Origin: Leptolyngbyaceae cyanobacterium
GTDB lineage: Bacteria > Cyanobacteriota > Cyanobacteriia > Phormidesmidales > Phormidesmidaceae
Direction of reading: 5' to 3'
NCBI GenBank assembly: GCA_965263355.1
Contig: CBDHHL010000029.1
Coordinates: 10,442 to 74,441 of the forward strand
DNA: 64,000 bases
Part shown: piece by piece, positions 1 to 10,382 of the stretch
How positions within the stretch are numbered: the first letter of the stretch is position 1
How the letters are laid out: every line of letters begins with the position of its first letter
The notes under the pieces: model-generated
Database searches by the model: none
The model's input: the letters and a program-made list of their open reading frames with translations, nothing else
What the model was told of the DNA's origin: nothing
Made by a program: the position numbers and the translations under genes

Positions 1-1614
1 AAACTATGCGATCGCGTTCGTGGGTTTGGGTTTAAGCGAGCTGATGAGGTAGCTCTTGGCCTGGGTATTGGTGCTGTTAGCAAAACTCGGCTAGCCGCTG
101 GGATTAAGTATGTCTTGAAAGAAGCCGCTAGCTTTAATGGGCATTGCTATCTCCCCACTGACGAGTTGCTGGCCAAAGCTGCAGCATTACTGAAGTTGCC
201 AGGGGTGGCTATCCAGTCCAGTGATGTGGCCGCAGTATGCCAAAAAATGCAGTCCATTATCCAAGAAAGAGATCGAGTTTACCTTGACAAATATTGGAAG
301 GCTGAGCACGAATTAGCTGATGCCATTGTTGCTCAGTGTGGCGCGCTGCCACACGACCAAGGGCTTAATCTGTGGTTGGACAAATACGACCTAACCAATG
401 CTTTCCCATTAGGGAGTGACCAGCGTAAAGCAGTTCAGATGGTCGCACAAAGTCAGCTGTCAATCATCACAGGTGGTGCTGGTGTGGGCAAGTCCAGTGT
501 GGCAAAAGCCATCATTGAATACTGGGATAGTCAGGGCAAAAAGATTGTCAGCTGCGCACCGACCGGCAAAGCTGCTCAGCGGATCAAAGAAGCGACTGGG
601 GTAAGTGCATCGACTATCCACCGGTTACTTGGTTGGACTGGCCATGGGTTTGAGAAGGACGGCGAGAACCCAATTGAGTGCGATGCCATCCTGATCGATG
701 AAACCTCTATGCCCAATCTGGAGTTAATGAACTCATTGTTCAGGGCAATTCCTGCGCATGCTTCAGTGTTGATGATTGGTGACCCTAACCAGCTGCCTTG
801 TATTGGAGCGGGCAATGTCTTAAAAGACGCGATCGAAAGTGGACTGCTGCCAGTCAAAGAGTTAACCCAGGTATTTCGACAATCTGGCGACAGCCGGATT
901 ATTCAGGTATCTCATGACATCAATGCAGGTCGTTTCCCCTGCTTTCAGCGGGTATCACGTAACACTGAGATTGTGACTGACGCACTGTGGGTGGCATGTG
1001 ATCAGGCAAAAATACCAGTAGCTATTCAATGGTTGCTTAGAGAATGCTTGCCAACAATGGGCATCCCCAACAGCGACATCCAGCTACTTAGCCCGCAACA
1101 TCGTGGTGATGTGGGCAATATTGCACTCAATCAAATGGTGCAGGACATATGGAATCCCAAGCCTGTCCAGGAGCTATCTGGATGGCGATTAAATGACCGA
1201 GTGATACAAACCAGTAACGACTATGACAAAGGCGTATTCAACGGCGACATAGGTGTCATCGAGGGGATCAACACCGAAGACAAGGAGTTTACTATTCGGT
1301 ATCCCTGTTCGGAGTCACCCGACGGTAAAGCTGTAGTGTATGCCAGTGGTGAGATGTCTGATGTGATGCTGGCTTACTCAATCAGTGTCCACAAATCCCA
1401 GGGCTCTGAGTTCCCTGTGGTGGTTATCCCAGCAACGATGCAGCATTATATGATGCTCAAGCGGAACCTGTATTACACCGCCGTCACCCGTGGCAAAAAG
1501 CTGGTGATTATGGTGGGCGAGGAAAAGGCGATCCAGGTGGCCGTTAAAACCCAAACGTCCGATAGTCGGAATACGACTTTGGTGGATAGGCTTTATCAGC
1601 AGCTAAAGGGTTAG
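1..1614 (+). CDS. recD2: RecD2-like SF1B helicase (5' truncated by window edge)
   Basis: Frame is open from base 1 (GFGFKRADEVA). Walker A GGAGVGKS, APTGKAA, TIHRLL, Walker B ILIDE, GDPNQLP, LAYSISVHKSQGSEF, YTAVTR. Confidence 0.93.
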   Translation, partial: KLCDRVRGFGFKRADEVALGLGIGAVSKTRLAAGIKYVLKEAASFNGHCYLPTDELLAKAAALLKLPGVAIQSSDVAAVCQKMQSIIQERDRVYLDKYWKAEHELADAIVAQCGALPHDQGLNLWLDKYDLTNAFPLGSDQRKAVQMVAQSQLSIITGGAGVGKSSVAKAIIEYWDSQGKKIVSCAPTGKAAQRIKEATGVSASTIHRLLGWTGHGFEKDGENPIECDAILIDETSMPNLELMNSLFRAIPAHASVLMIGDPNQLPCIGAGNVLKDAIESGLLPVKELTQVFRQSGDSRIIQVSHDINAGRFPCFQRVSRNTEIVTDALWVACDQAKIPVAIQWLLRECLPTMGIPNSDIQLLSPQHRGDVGNIALNQMVQDIWNPKPVQELSGWRLNDRVIQTSNDYDKGVFNGDIGVIEGINTEDKEFTIRYPCSESPDGKAVVYASGEMSDVMLAYSISVHKSQGSEFPVVVIPATMQHYMMLKRNLYYTAVTRGKKLVIMVGEEKAIQVAVKTQTSDSRNTTLVDRLYQQLKG

Positions 1615-1689
1615 TAGAATTGCTAAAATATAAGCACCGCCTACGTTTTGGAGCCGTTGCGGTGCTTACTGGAGTTTCGAATTTTCATC

Positions 1690-2970
1690 ATGAGTATAAC
1701 AGATTTTATGCAGGGTTGGCTTCAGAGTGAAGAGTCCGCCCGTGACTGCATTAACGTCAAACGCATTTACATCGATATCAACGATGGGAACCTAAATGAC
1801 GGGGTAATTTTCAGTCAAATCATGTTTTGGCATGGCAACAACCTAGAAACTGGTCAACCCCGACTAAAGATCAAAAAGCATGGCCACCTTTGGCTGGCTA
1901 AAGCCTACAAAGACTGGGTTGATGAATGCAGGATTAAGCCAAGAAGAGCTAGGACCGCAATTGAGAACATTGAGCAAAGAGGGCTAATAGAAACCAACGT
2001 CTGGAAATTTAACGGGACGCCCATGCTCCACATCAGAGTTAAGTGGGAGGCGCTGGAGTCCGCCATTAAGGACAAAAAGAGCAAAAACAGGGCTGAAACC
2101 ATTGGAAACACTGGAAGTGGCAGAAATCGTCAAATCGATGTGGCAGAAAGTGGCAGATCGAAGTGGCAGAAATCGTCACTTCCATTAACAGAGACTACTA
2201 GCAAAGAACACAAGTCAGCTGCTACGCAGCTTTATACAGTAGCTCCGCTACTTTATAAAGAGACAGGCAAGCTGCCTCCGCCTAAAGTGATTCCTGAGGA
2301 ATGCACTGCCGCTGACTCTTCCTTTTTTGATTTGTCTGGCCAGGGAGTTCAAGACTCACCACTGACCCAAGGCGATCAAGTAGCATCACTGACCGACTAC
2401 GCCACTGACCCCAATGATTCTTCTGGCCAAAAAGCAATCACCCTACCGGAGATTGAAAAGGTTCCGCAACGTTCGAAAAGACTGAACAAACGTGGAGCGC
2501 ATAGGACTAAGCTTCAGTACGACAAGCGCGGATGGCTGCAGCTGCCCTATGGGAAGCTTTACAAACTCCCCCGCTGGATGGCAACACGCATCATGCAGTA
2601 TGAGCTAGCTTTTGACTACTTGGACTATGAGCTAGCTGGAACGGCCCCTGACGGCAGTTTAGTGGTTGAAGGTAAAGATGGGACCATGACCCTAGATACA
2701 GCCTTTGGAGGGCCGCACAGCGGCGGCAGGTTGCCTTTGCAGCTGCTTAGGGATTGTGCGACTCAAGATCGTGGCCAAAGCCGCACAATCGATCAGGAGT
2801 GGTACAACGAAGAGCTGCAGCTTCAGTTTGAGCAATGCGTAAATTGGTGCGAACGCATGGGGCCTGATGCGTTGACTGTAATCAATGAAAGAGGGCTACT
2901 AAGTCTATTCACCGAGTATGCAGAGGGTGCCGACAATCGACGCTATGAATGGGACGAGGTTGAGGGATAG
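1690..2970 (+). CDS. Putative replication initiator (N-terminal winged-helix, phage O/RepA-like)
   Basis: N-terminal IFSQIMFW..W..K..W..E...RARTAIENIEQRGLIE pattern, then a linker with intragenic direct repeats ending in LTETT. ATG 1690 preferred over TTG 1648. Confidence 0.6.
   Translation: MSITDFMQGWLQSEESARDCINVKRIYIDINDGNLNDGVIFSQIMFWHGNNLETGQPRLKIKKHGHLWLAKAYKDWVDECRIKPRRARTAIENIEQRGLIETNVWKFNGTPMLHIRVKWEALESAIKDKKSKNRAETIGNTGSGRNRQIDVAESGRSKWQKSSLPLTETTSKEHKSAATQLYTVAPLLYKETGKLPPPKVIPEECTAADSSFFDLSGQGVQDSPLTQGDQVASLTDYATDPNDSSGQKAITLPEIEKVPQRSKRLNKRGAHRTKLQYDKRGWLQLPYGKLYKLPRWMATRIMQYELAFDYLDYELAGTAPDGSLVVEGKDGTMTLDTAFGGPHSGGRLPLQLLRDCATQDRGQSRTIDQEWYNEELQLQFEQCVNWCERMGPDALTVINERGLLSLFTEYAEGADNRRYEWDEVEG
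2114..2178. repeat. Iteron-like direct repeats inside the initiator gene
   Basis: GAAGTGGCAGAAATCGTCA at 2114-2132 and 2160-2178; core GTGGCAGA at 2117, 2140, 2150, 2163. Confidence 0.75.
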
Positions 2971-3042
2971 CCTAATGACGTGCTGAGCTATTACTTTTGG
3001 GAGGCTTGGGGAAGGGCTTTGCAGAGGATTGCTTGATGAGTA

Positions 3043-3444
3043 TTAAGCCCTAGTCCAGATTGCTGTGAACTTTTCCCCGATCTTCTGAGCTGCGGTTGGA
3101 TTGGATAGGCCAATACTGCACTCAATTCGACCACTGCCTAGGTCAGGGAGTGTGCATTCCCCGATAGGTCGCTGCTGCTGTCTGAGTTCTTTGGGAAATT
3201 TATAATTCCGTCTATCGTTTATCCAGCCCCAAAACAGATAGTCATATGTATTGGCCCCAGGGAATTGGTTTTGGATGATGTTGTTAGCGTCATTCGCCCC
3301 AGTGATTGGCACTAGGCGCACTGGGATGACCAACGAACTAGAGCCAGACGGTGCGCCACCTTCTCCATCGTCAGAGATCGCCCTGGCTAATCGGAATGTG
3401 ATATCGACGGCGGTTGCACCAGTGTTTTTGGCAATCCAAGTCAT
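3043..3444 (-). CDS. Hypothetical protein, possibly a head-closure protein
   Basis: 133 aa, beta-rich, next to the neck/tail genes but on the opposite strand; function inferred only. Confidence 0.4.
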   Translation of the reverse strand: MTWIAKNTGATAVDITFRLARAISDDGEGGAPSGSSSLVIPVRLVPITGANDANNIIQNQFPGANTYDYLFWGWINDRRNYKFPKELRQQQRPIGECTLPDLGSGRIECSIGLSNPTAAQKIGEKFTAIWTRA

Positions 3445-3469
3445 GGTTTTATCCTATTTAGTCGTGACT

Positions 3470-3808
3470 TCAGCCCCTTTCCCATACTTCATTACTCAGT
3501 ACATAGGGCTCCCCTTGCCCGAGAGTATAGACCAGCGTCTTGTTCGCATCCATAGAAATCCGCTTCACTTCTGACGGATGCATTGGGACAATTTCTTGGT
3601 TTCTGTTGGCCCACTGTGCTGTTATCAGTGTGGCTGCTTTCCGCTGGACATCTTCCCAACGGCTAGAGAAATACAGCAGATAAATGAGATTAACAACAGC
3701 AGTCATCGTTGCGCTATTAGTACTCCCGCCTACGAGGTCTGATATTTGTTGCCAGCGATCACATACCGCGTCAGATAGTCCGGTCGCTCTAATCTCTTTG
3801 TTAGCCAT
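3470..3808 (-). CDS. Small hypothetical protein, possible RHH-like regulator
   Basis: Start MANKEIR avoids overlap with 3872+; divergent from the tail operon. Confidence 0.35.
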   Translation of the reverse strand: MANKEIRATGLSDAVCDRWQQISDLVGGSTNSATMTAVVNLIYLLYFSSRWEDVQRKAATLITAQWANRNQEIVPMHPSEVKRISMDANKTLVYTLGQGEPYVLSNEVWERG

Positions 3809-3871
3809 TGCGATTTTCCAGGATATCTGGAATTTTAACTTAATGGCAGGATCTTCAGCCATGCTGTACTC

Positions 3872-4273
3872 ATGGCTACTGTACTCATCAACCAACCAGC
3901 TATTTACAATGCACTGATTAGCGGACTGCAGGACACAGCCCGCGAACTTGATCAGGCGTATACGACTGCCATCGAATCCCCTCGCTATGGATGGCCAGGA
4001 GAAACACTCCGACGGTCAGGAGAACGCGCTGGGACAACTAGAAATATCGTTGACCTGGGGGCATTCCGCGACTCTCAAGAATATCGATTCATTAATCCAT
4101 TCTTAGCGGAATTTAGCTGGGGAGGAGGCAGCGTGGACTATGCCCCACAAGTATTTTTTGGCTATACAACCACTGCCGGGAACAGCTTCCCCGCCCGCAA
4201 CCCAGTAGCAGAAGCCCATAAAATTACAGACCCTACTGAGTTATTTGGCGATAGCGTCAGGAGGTATGCGTGA
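3872..4273 (+). CDS. HK97 gp10-like neck/tail-completion protein
   Basis: RNIVDLGAFRDS (VDTGxLRxS-like), YAPQV..G, FPARNP; first gene of the tail operon. Confidence 0.65.
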   Translation: MATVLINQPAIYNALISGLQDTARELDQAYTTAIESPRYGWPGETLRRSGERAGTTRNIVDLGAFRDSQEYRFINPFLAEFSWGGGSVDYAPQVFFGYTTTAGNSFPARNPVAEAHKITDPTELFGDSVRRYA

Positions 4274-4713
4274 GCGTCACTCTACAAGAACTCCGCAGCC
4301 GAATAGCAACAGCGCTGGCCAGCGAGTTAGGGACCAAAACATATATGGTTCGGGGTGGGGGAGAAGTGACGGTTCAGGCGCTCACTGTCGATGATGGCAG
4401 TGTAAAAACTGTTGGTGGGAAGACCTGGGAACAAAAACCCGTTAAACATACTGGCCTGGAATGCGTAATTGAGCCAGAGATTGACAGCAATATTCAGCCG
4501 TTAATTACCCCTGGCGACTATTTCCTAACTCACACTACACGGATCACGCTGAAGCAGTTTGACCTGTCTAGCACTGTAAAAACTGCGCGGTCTCTTTTGC
4601 TGCAGGAATTAACAAGCTTAATTGACGTTGTAGGGCCACGCATCGTTAGGAACGCTGGAATTCAGTCAGTTGAGCAACAAAGTTTCGAAATCATTCAAAA
4701 CGCGAGGTCTTAG
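4270..4713 (+). CDS. Putative tail terminator
   Basis: 147 aa, between the gp10-like gene and the tail tube gene; overlapping GTGA junction. Confidence 0.5.
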   Translation: MSVTLQELRSRIATALASELGTKTYMVRGGGEVTVQALTVDDGSVKTVGGKTWEQKPVKHTGLECVIEPEIDSNIQPLITPGDYFLTHTTRITLKQFDLSSTVKTARSLLLQELTSLIDVVGPRIVRNAGIQSVEQQSFEIIQNARS

Positions 4714-4715
4714 CT

Positions 4716-4970
4716 ATGCCATCACAGCCGCAAAACAAAGAAATTACAGATCCAACCTTGGTTTTAGGTTTTTTAGATCCAACTACAGGGCAACTTATCG
4801 CGACAGCTAGCATTGAGCTTTTGCCAGCATCGAACTTGCTCAGAATTATTGCTCTAAAAGATATCCCTGAGGGAGCTACCGCTTGCCTGCCTTTGAATCA
4901 AGCTTCAATAGCGCAAACCCAGTCTACTCAGACTCAAACTCCAACGTTTTCTAGTTTTGACCATAAATAG
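4716..4970 (+). CDS. Hypothetical protein in tail operon
   Basis: Tightly packed ORF. Confidence 0.5.
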   Translation: MPSQPQNKEITDPTLVLGFLDPTTGQLIATASIELLPASNLLRIIALKDIPEGATACLPLNQASIAQTQSTQTQTPTFSSFDHK

Positions 4971-4982
4971 GAGAGATTAATC

Positions 4983-5693
4983 ATGCCTGCTGCTGGACAA
5001 CCGTTCACTCCGCCACAAGCGAAAAATGTTATTCCTCGATGTGCACTTATCCCAACGGGAAGTACAGCCAGACCCGTAGCTGGCACCTTCACCACATCAG
5101 GCTCAACAGATGTAACGACCGAGGGAACCGCTGAGTCAGTTACAGCTACGTTGTCAGCCGCCATCAGTAGCGTTGTCCAAGTTGGGCAATGGCTTGAGTT
5201 TGTTGCCCCTGCTGGAACCTCTGTCTTAGCTCAAGTCCGTACTCTGTACAACGCAGCAGGGACTAGCCTTGAGCTAACAGCTAATGAGACTATTCCGACA
5301 GGTTCTACAGCTGTATTCCCGGTCGTAGGCAGAATCAGGCAGTCAGCTGATTTGGCTGAGACTGTCGCGACTACAGCGTTTAGCTCATTTGATCACAGCT
5401 CTTCTGACGTGAGTATCGGGGAGGGCTCAGGGACATTAACTGTCAATGGTGGTTACAACTACTATGACGCGTTTGTCGCGACTGCTAAATACGCCAAAGA
5501 CAACAACCAGAAGTTGTATGTTGAGCGAGAATTGCCATCGCCCGATGGCAGCGTGTTTACTACAGGCCCCATCGACTGGGCGATCGCAATCCTGACGGGG
5601 CTAACCTCCAACGCTCAGGATGGTTCTAACGTAGGGGCAGACACGACATTCACCATCTCTGGTGCTGTTAACCGCATCGAGCCTCAAACTTGA
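4983..5693 (+). CDS. Major tail tube protein
   Basis: 236 aa, Thr/Ser/Gly-rich; C-terminal TTFTISGAV; AGGAG RBS; upstream of chaperone and tape measure. Confidence 0.7.
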   Translation: MPAAGQPFTPPQAKNVIPRCALIPTGSTARPVAGTFTTSGSTDVTTEGTAESVTATLSAAISSVVQVGQWLEFVAPAGTSVLAQVRTLYNAAGTSLELTANETIPTGSTAVFPVVGRIRQSADLAETVATTAFSSFDHSSSDVSIGEGSGTLTVNGGYNYYDAFVATAKYAKDNNQKLYVERELPSPDGSVFTTGPIDWAIAILTGLTSNAQDGSNVGADTTFTISGAVNRIEPQT

Positions 5694-5938
5694 TGAAGAT
5701 TTTTAGTAACCGTGACGTGTTTGTGCTTGGTGAGGTTCGACCTGGCGGGATTTGGGCTAATGCTGTTTGGCTGAGGCTCAAATCCATGCCAGGGACTACT
5801 CAAGAGCTATGGAATCGCTTAGAGCAAACTATCCATGGAACGGTTGAGATTCCTCAAAAAACAGACCAGATCCACACTGACATTTTTTTGCCTTATGTTA
5901 CTGCCCTGGAAGATCGAGTCCAAGAAACGAATAATTGA
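5690..5938 (+). CDS. Hypothetical tail-operon protein
   Basis: Coupled to the tail tube stop codon. Confidence 0.5.
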   Translation: MMKIFSNRDVFVLGEVRPGGIWANAVWLRLKSMPGTTQELWNRLEQTIHGTVEIPQKTDQIHTDIFLPYVTALEDRVQETNN

Positions 5939-6362
5939 AGCTGATGGCATCAAGATTGAGTTGCTTGATTACGGGTCTTTACTGATCGGTGAAATGGACT
6001 TCTTGAGGGCATTATCGACCGACAAGAGTTTGTCGGATCAACAATTTGCCAAGCAGTTTGTTGCTTACTGCCTTCGTTTCCGCTACGAGATTGCGGAAGA
6101 AATAACAGACGAGGAAATCCTAAAAGGGATGCCTGTTGTGTTACTGACTAAGGTTTTTAACTTTTTAGTGTACGGAGATGAAAACAAAAAGCTTGCGGAG
6201 GTAAAGCCAGCCACAAAAAAGCCAAAAGCATTGATACAGGAGGACTCTACTGGAGACTGCAGCTCTACTATCCAGGACACATCTACTTTGGCCAGCACTT
6301 CGAGCGATGCCCCATTAACGTTGCCAGCGCAGCAATCAGAACGTATGAAGAAAATCGCCTAA
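5895..6362 (+). CDS. Tail assembly chaperone (gpG-like)
   Basis: Sits before the tape measure; contains in-frame slippery A_AAA_AAG at 6215-6221. Confidence 0.75.
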   Translation: MLLPWKIESKKRIIEADGIKIELLDYGSLLIGEMDFLRALSTDKSLSDQQFAKQFVAYCLRFRYEIAEEITDEEILKGMPVVLLTKVFNFLVYGDENKKLAEVKPATKKPKALIQEDSTGDCSSTIQDTSTLASTSSDAPLTLPAQQSERMKKIA

Positions 6363-6619
6363 ACCAACTTAATCAGGAGTCAAGGGCAATCGCAAAACTT
6401 GGAGTAATTGTTGCCAGTTTAGCTGGGGTCAAAAACCCAGATACAGCATGGATAAATGAGTTTGAATTGGAGCTTAGGAAGCAAGAAATCAATGAGCTAT
6501 TCTCTCCAACCTTGGCCCAAAGATATTTAGAGTTACGAGAGCAACGCATTATCCCCGCATGGGTGGATGAGATGACTGATTTAGACACAATGAAATTAGC
6601 TGCATTTGAGTATGGTTGA
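6215..6619 (+). CDS. -1 frameshift extension of the chaperone (gpGT-like); absent from the ORF track
   Basis: -1 frame is open for 134 codons (KKAKSIDTGGLYWRLQLYYPG...IPAWVDEM...AFEYG*) and overlaps the tape measure ATG. Confidence 0.8.
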   Translation, partial: KKAKSIDTGGLYWRLQLYYPGHIYFGQHFERCPINVASAAIRTYEENRLNQLNQESRAIAKLGVIVASLAGVKNPDTAWINEFELELRKQEINELFSPTLAQRYLELREQRIIPAWVDEMTDLDTMKLAAFEYG

Positions 6620-9600
6620 CGCTGGTAGAGTTATTTTTCAGGTTGGGATTGATCGCGTATCAGCAGATCGCGCTATCTCTCAGCTTGAGCAGCGCTTTGC
6701 TGGGATTGGCGATATTGACCTAAAGATTCCTGATGCAGGCCCAGCAGCTAGAGCGGCTAGAACTGTTCAGGATGCTTTTTCGAATATCCAAATCCCCGAG
6801 TTTAATTTCAGCGCAAATACTCAGCAGTTGTCTCGTTCTGTTCAGTCAGCAAAAGATGAGCTACTGACCCTGGAACAAGCTATTGAGGGTCTGCAGAGGC
6901 AACGGATCGATGTTGAACTCAAAGTTGCCCGTGGGGACGCTGACTTAGCTAGGCTTGACTCACAACTCCAAGGGCTCCGAGACAAAAGGATTCAGGTCGA
7001 CGTTAATGCGCGGGCTGCAGCGGCTGAAGTGCAAGCTGTTGACGAACGGCTTAAGGCGCTAACTCGTGATGCAGTGCGGCTTGAGTTGGATGTTGAATCG
7101 GAGGAAGCCCAGCGCGAGCTGATAGATGTTAACGCTCGGATCGAAAAACTTGAATCACGTCGCGTCAAAGTGCAAGCGACGATTGACAATGTTGATTCTG
7201 AAGCAGCTAAATTTGAAGCAAAGATCAATGAGTTAGAAGCCCGCAGTATCAAAGTAGAGGCCAATACAGGAGATGCGAGGGCTCAACTAAACCAGCTAGA
7301 TAGAACATTGGAGGGGCTTAGCGGGGATGATGCGGCTGCGACGTTAGACAGGCTGCAGCGAGAACTAGGCAGCACTGCCGACGCGGCCAAAAAAGCTGAG
7401 AACGAGACCAAATCTTTTAGCTCTGCTTTGTCTGGGCTTGCGGCTGGGGCTGCTTTTGCGGTGGTCGATCGGCTGGTTGACGCGTTTGGGGGCGCTGCTG
7501 AAGCGGTCGTTGGGTTCGTCTCCGAGACGCTTCAGGTCGGAGGGGCTGCACGGTCTGCAGAGTCAGCCTTGACTACGATTTTAGGCTCAGCTGAGGAAGC
7601 CCAATCGGTCCTACAGGATCTGTCAAACTTCGCTGCAACCACACCATTTGACTTGCCTGGCATTCGCTCGGCTGGCCAGCAACTTTTAGCTTTTGGATTT
7701 AACACTAATGAATTAATCCCAACGTTAGAGGCTATAGGCAATGTTGCGGCAGGCGTTAACGTCCCCTTTGATGAACTAGCTGAAATATATGGGAAGGCAA
7801 GAGTCCAGGGTCGATTGTTCGCAGAAGACATCAATCAGCTAACAGGGAGAGGCGTCCCGATTATCGCTGAGTTCGCGGCTCAATTTGGAGTGGCAGAATC
7901 TGAAGTTCGCGAGCTGGTTGAGTCTGGCCAGATAGGATTTGCTGAGCTAGAGCAGGCATTTGTTAGCCTCACGGGGGAAGGCGGAAAATTCTTCGATCTA
8001 CTAGGAACCCAGTCAGGAACGGTCGTTGGCCAAATCTCCAACCTAGGGGACACGGTCACTCAGTTTCAAGAGCAATTATTCAAAGCATTCGAGCCTGCGC
8101 TGGGTGCTGGGCTCCAAACACTAACCGCAACATTAGAGGAAACCGCCAATAGCTCAGAAGCTTTAGATATTTTGAGTGCTGCTGGGGATCGACTCGCTGA
8201 ATCTTTAAGTGCAAATCCAGAATTAACAGAACGACTAGGGGAAGCTTTGGCGAGCTTAGCAGATAGTGGCGCATCGGCTGTTGCTACGGTTCTTGACCGA
8301 ATAGGCCAAGCACTAGAGAACCCTGAAAATATAGAAGCATTTGCGGAGGGAATTGAGACATCAGGGGAAGCGCTGGGGAATTTAGTAGAAATTGGCATAG
8401 CTGTAGCCGATGCCTTGATATTGGTAGGCTCAACTTACTCGTCACTTGTTGACACTGAAGCAGTTGCCTCAGGGCTAGGAGGCTTGGCTGATGCACTGCA
8501 GGCGATAGTATCTGTAGCCAGTAACGTTGTTGATGGACTTGGCTCAATCGCTGATGGCGTCGAACGGGTGTCTGGAGCTGTGCCAGGTTTGCGGAATGCG
8601 GTTGAAAATGTTGGCAGATTTGGCCCAGTCATTGGGACTGCAAAGACGGCGTTTGATAGCTTTTTTGGGGGCCAGGAAGCTGTAGCCGCCCCCGAAATTG
8701 ATATATCTAACGCGGTTCCACAGCAAGATGAGCTGGATAAATTTGTAAGAGCCGCGAGAAGCAGCAATGAACAGATAGCCGCCGATTCTATTCAAGCTGC
8801 CAAGGCGGCAGCGCAGGCCAGATCTCGGGAAGATAAAAAGGCTGCTAAGGAATTCGAAGAAGCCCAAAAAGAAGCTTTGGCCAATATTGACATTGCCCAA
8901 CAAAACCGCATTGCTGCTGTACGGCAGAATCAAGCGGCTGGCAATATTTCTGAGGAGCAGGCAGACGCACAGGTCAGTGAGATTGAGTCTGATGCAATTC
9001 GGGAGAGAATCCAACTGCGTGAGGATGAAATAGCGAAAATTGAAGACTTCGCTAGTCGGCAGGCCATCTCTGAAAAAGACGCTACGGATCAGATTAGGGC
9101 AGCCAGGGAGGAGATAGCAGACCTGACACTGGAAAGCATTGAAAGTGAAATTGATGCGCAAGATGCGGCTAGAGAGGCAGCCGAGAAAAAAGCAGAGGCA
9201 GCCAAAAAAGCCGCGTTAGAACAACTGGATGCGCAACAACGGCTAAACGACCTGCAGGCACAGCAGGTTTCTATTCAGTCTGGAATCGCGTCAACTGCGC
9301 TCCAAGACCAGGCCAACCTGATAGGCGCTCAGGTTTCTTTAGAGCAATCTCGCCTGTCACTTTCCCGTCAAACGCTCGAAGGGAAATTAGCTGAAGCGGA
9401 AGCAGCTGAAGACGTTGTGGCCGTTGAGGAAATAAGAGATCGGCTGCTTCTTAACCAGCGGCGATCTATACAAGCTGAATTCAACGCCCGCCGTCAACAG
9501 CTACAGATACAGCAGCAGCTAACCCAGCTAGACGCAGATCGACAGCTCAGACTAGGAGAGATTGCGGAAGCTGAGGCCAGGATAGCGGTTGAGCGTGCTA

Positions 9601-10382
9601 GAGCAGAGGGCGCTAGTGCTGATGAGATTCAGGCATTGCAGCAGATAGCGAGACTGAGAGAGCAAGAAACCGAAGCGCTACAAAGTCAAGCTCAATCCAA
9701 AAAAGATATCTTATCTATTCAGTTTGAACAACTAGACGCCGATCAAGAGCTAGCCAACCAGCGGGCGCTCCAGGAGAGGCGAGAACAAGCGATTCAGTCC
9801 TTTAGGGAGCAACAAAAAAAACTAGCTGACGAGCAGCTAAAGGTAGAAAAAGATATTGCGAGTGAGACGGAGCGACGAGAGCGGGCGACTTCTAACATTG
9901 TGTCGGCATTAGCTGGGTTGTCTGACATTTCATCTGAGGATGCGCTGGGGAGCCTTGATCAATTAGAAGACAATGCTCGAACTGCCAGGAGAGCTGGCGC
10001 ATTAGATGCCGATCAATTCGGTCAGCTGCAGGGTGCTATCGACCAAGCTCAAAGATTTAGCCGTACTGGCGATGGATTCAGCGTCGAGGAGGCTTTTAGA
10101 TTCGCTGAGAACAATGCGAACAATCCGTTTGCGGCAGGCATCCTTGACCTAGTTGGGTTGGGGGGAGTCAGCTCGCTATTGGATTCGCAGCAAGAAATTG
10201 CAATCGCAGAGAGTCAAATAGAAAGGCTAGCCAATGGCCTAACAGAGATAAAAGAAGCCATTGAGAATAGCCCAGCAGGCATAGAAAGCCTAACCGTTTC
10301 AACGCCTGATCCGGTAGCGGATGCTGCGCAAATTACAGCCGATCTAACTCGGCAACAACAGATTGCGGAGGGAGTTATCTAA
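6612..10382 (+). CDS. Tape measure protein
   Basis: ~1256 aa, Ala/Glu/Gln-rich coiled coil; tape-measure domain FAATTPFDL...GRLFAEDINQLTGRGVPI. Confidence 0.95.
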   Translation: MVDAGRVIFQVGIDRVSADRAISQLEQRFAGIGDIDLKIPDAGPAARAARTVQDAFSNIQIPEFNFSANTQQLSRSVQSAKDELLTLEQAIEGLQRQRIDVELKVARGDADLARLDSQLQGLRDKRIQVDVNARAAAAEVQAVDERLKALTRDAVRLELDVESEEAQRELIDVNARIEKLESRRVKVQATIDNVDSEAAKFEAKINELEARSIKVEANTGDARAQLNQLDRTLEGLSGDDAAATLDRLQRELGSTADAAKKAENETKSFSSALSGLAAGAAFAVVDRLVDAFGGAAEAVVGFVSETLQVGGAARSAESALTTILGSAEEAQSVLQDLSNFAATTPFDLPGIRSAGQQLLAFGFNTNELIPTLEAIGNVAAGVNVPFDELAEIYGKARVQGRLFAEDINQLTGRGVPIIAEFAAQFGVAESEVRELVESGQIGFAELEQAFVSLTGEGGKFFDLLGTQSGTVVGQISNLGDTVTQFQEQLFKAFEPALGAGLQTLTATLEETANSSEALDILSAAGDRLAESLSANPELTERLGEALASLADSGASAVATVLDRIGQALENPENIEAFAEGIETSGEALGNLVEIGIAVADALILVGSTYSSLVDTEAVASGLGGLADALQAIVSVASNVVDGLGSIADGVERVSGAVPGLRNAVENVGRFGPVIGTAKTAFDSFFGGQEAVAAPEIDISNAVPQQDELDKFVRAARSSNEQIAADSIQAAKAAAQARSREDKKAAKEFEEAQKEALANIDIAQQNRIAAVRQNQAAGNISEEQADAQVSEIESDAIRERIQLREDEIAKIEDFASRQAISEKDATDQIRAAREEIADLTLESIESEIDAQDAAREAAEKKAEAAKKAALEQLDAQQRLNDLQAQQVSIQSGIASTALQDQANLIGAQVSLEQSRLSLSRQTLEGKLAEAEAAEDVVAVEEIRDRLLLNQRRSIQAEFNARRQQLQIQQQLTQLDADRQLRLGEIAEAEARIAVERARAEGASADEIQALQQIARLREQETEALQSQAQSKKDILSIQFEQLDADQELANQRALQERREQAIQSFREQQKKLADEQLKVEKDIASETERRERATSNIVSALAGLSDISSEDALGSLDQLEDNARTARRAGALDADQFGQLQGAIDQAQRFSRTGDGFSVEEAFRFAENNANNPFAAGILDLVGLGGVSSLLDSQQEIAIAESQIERLANGLTEIKEAIENSPAGIESLTVSTPDPVADAAQITADLTRQQQIAEGVI

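Noticed and set aside
6373..6588. 71-aa minus-strand ORF
   Set aside because: Antisense shadow of the frameshifted chaperone extension.
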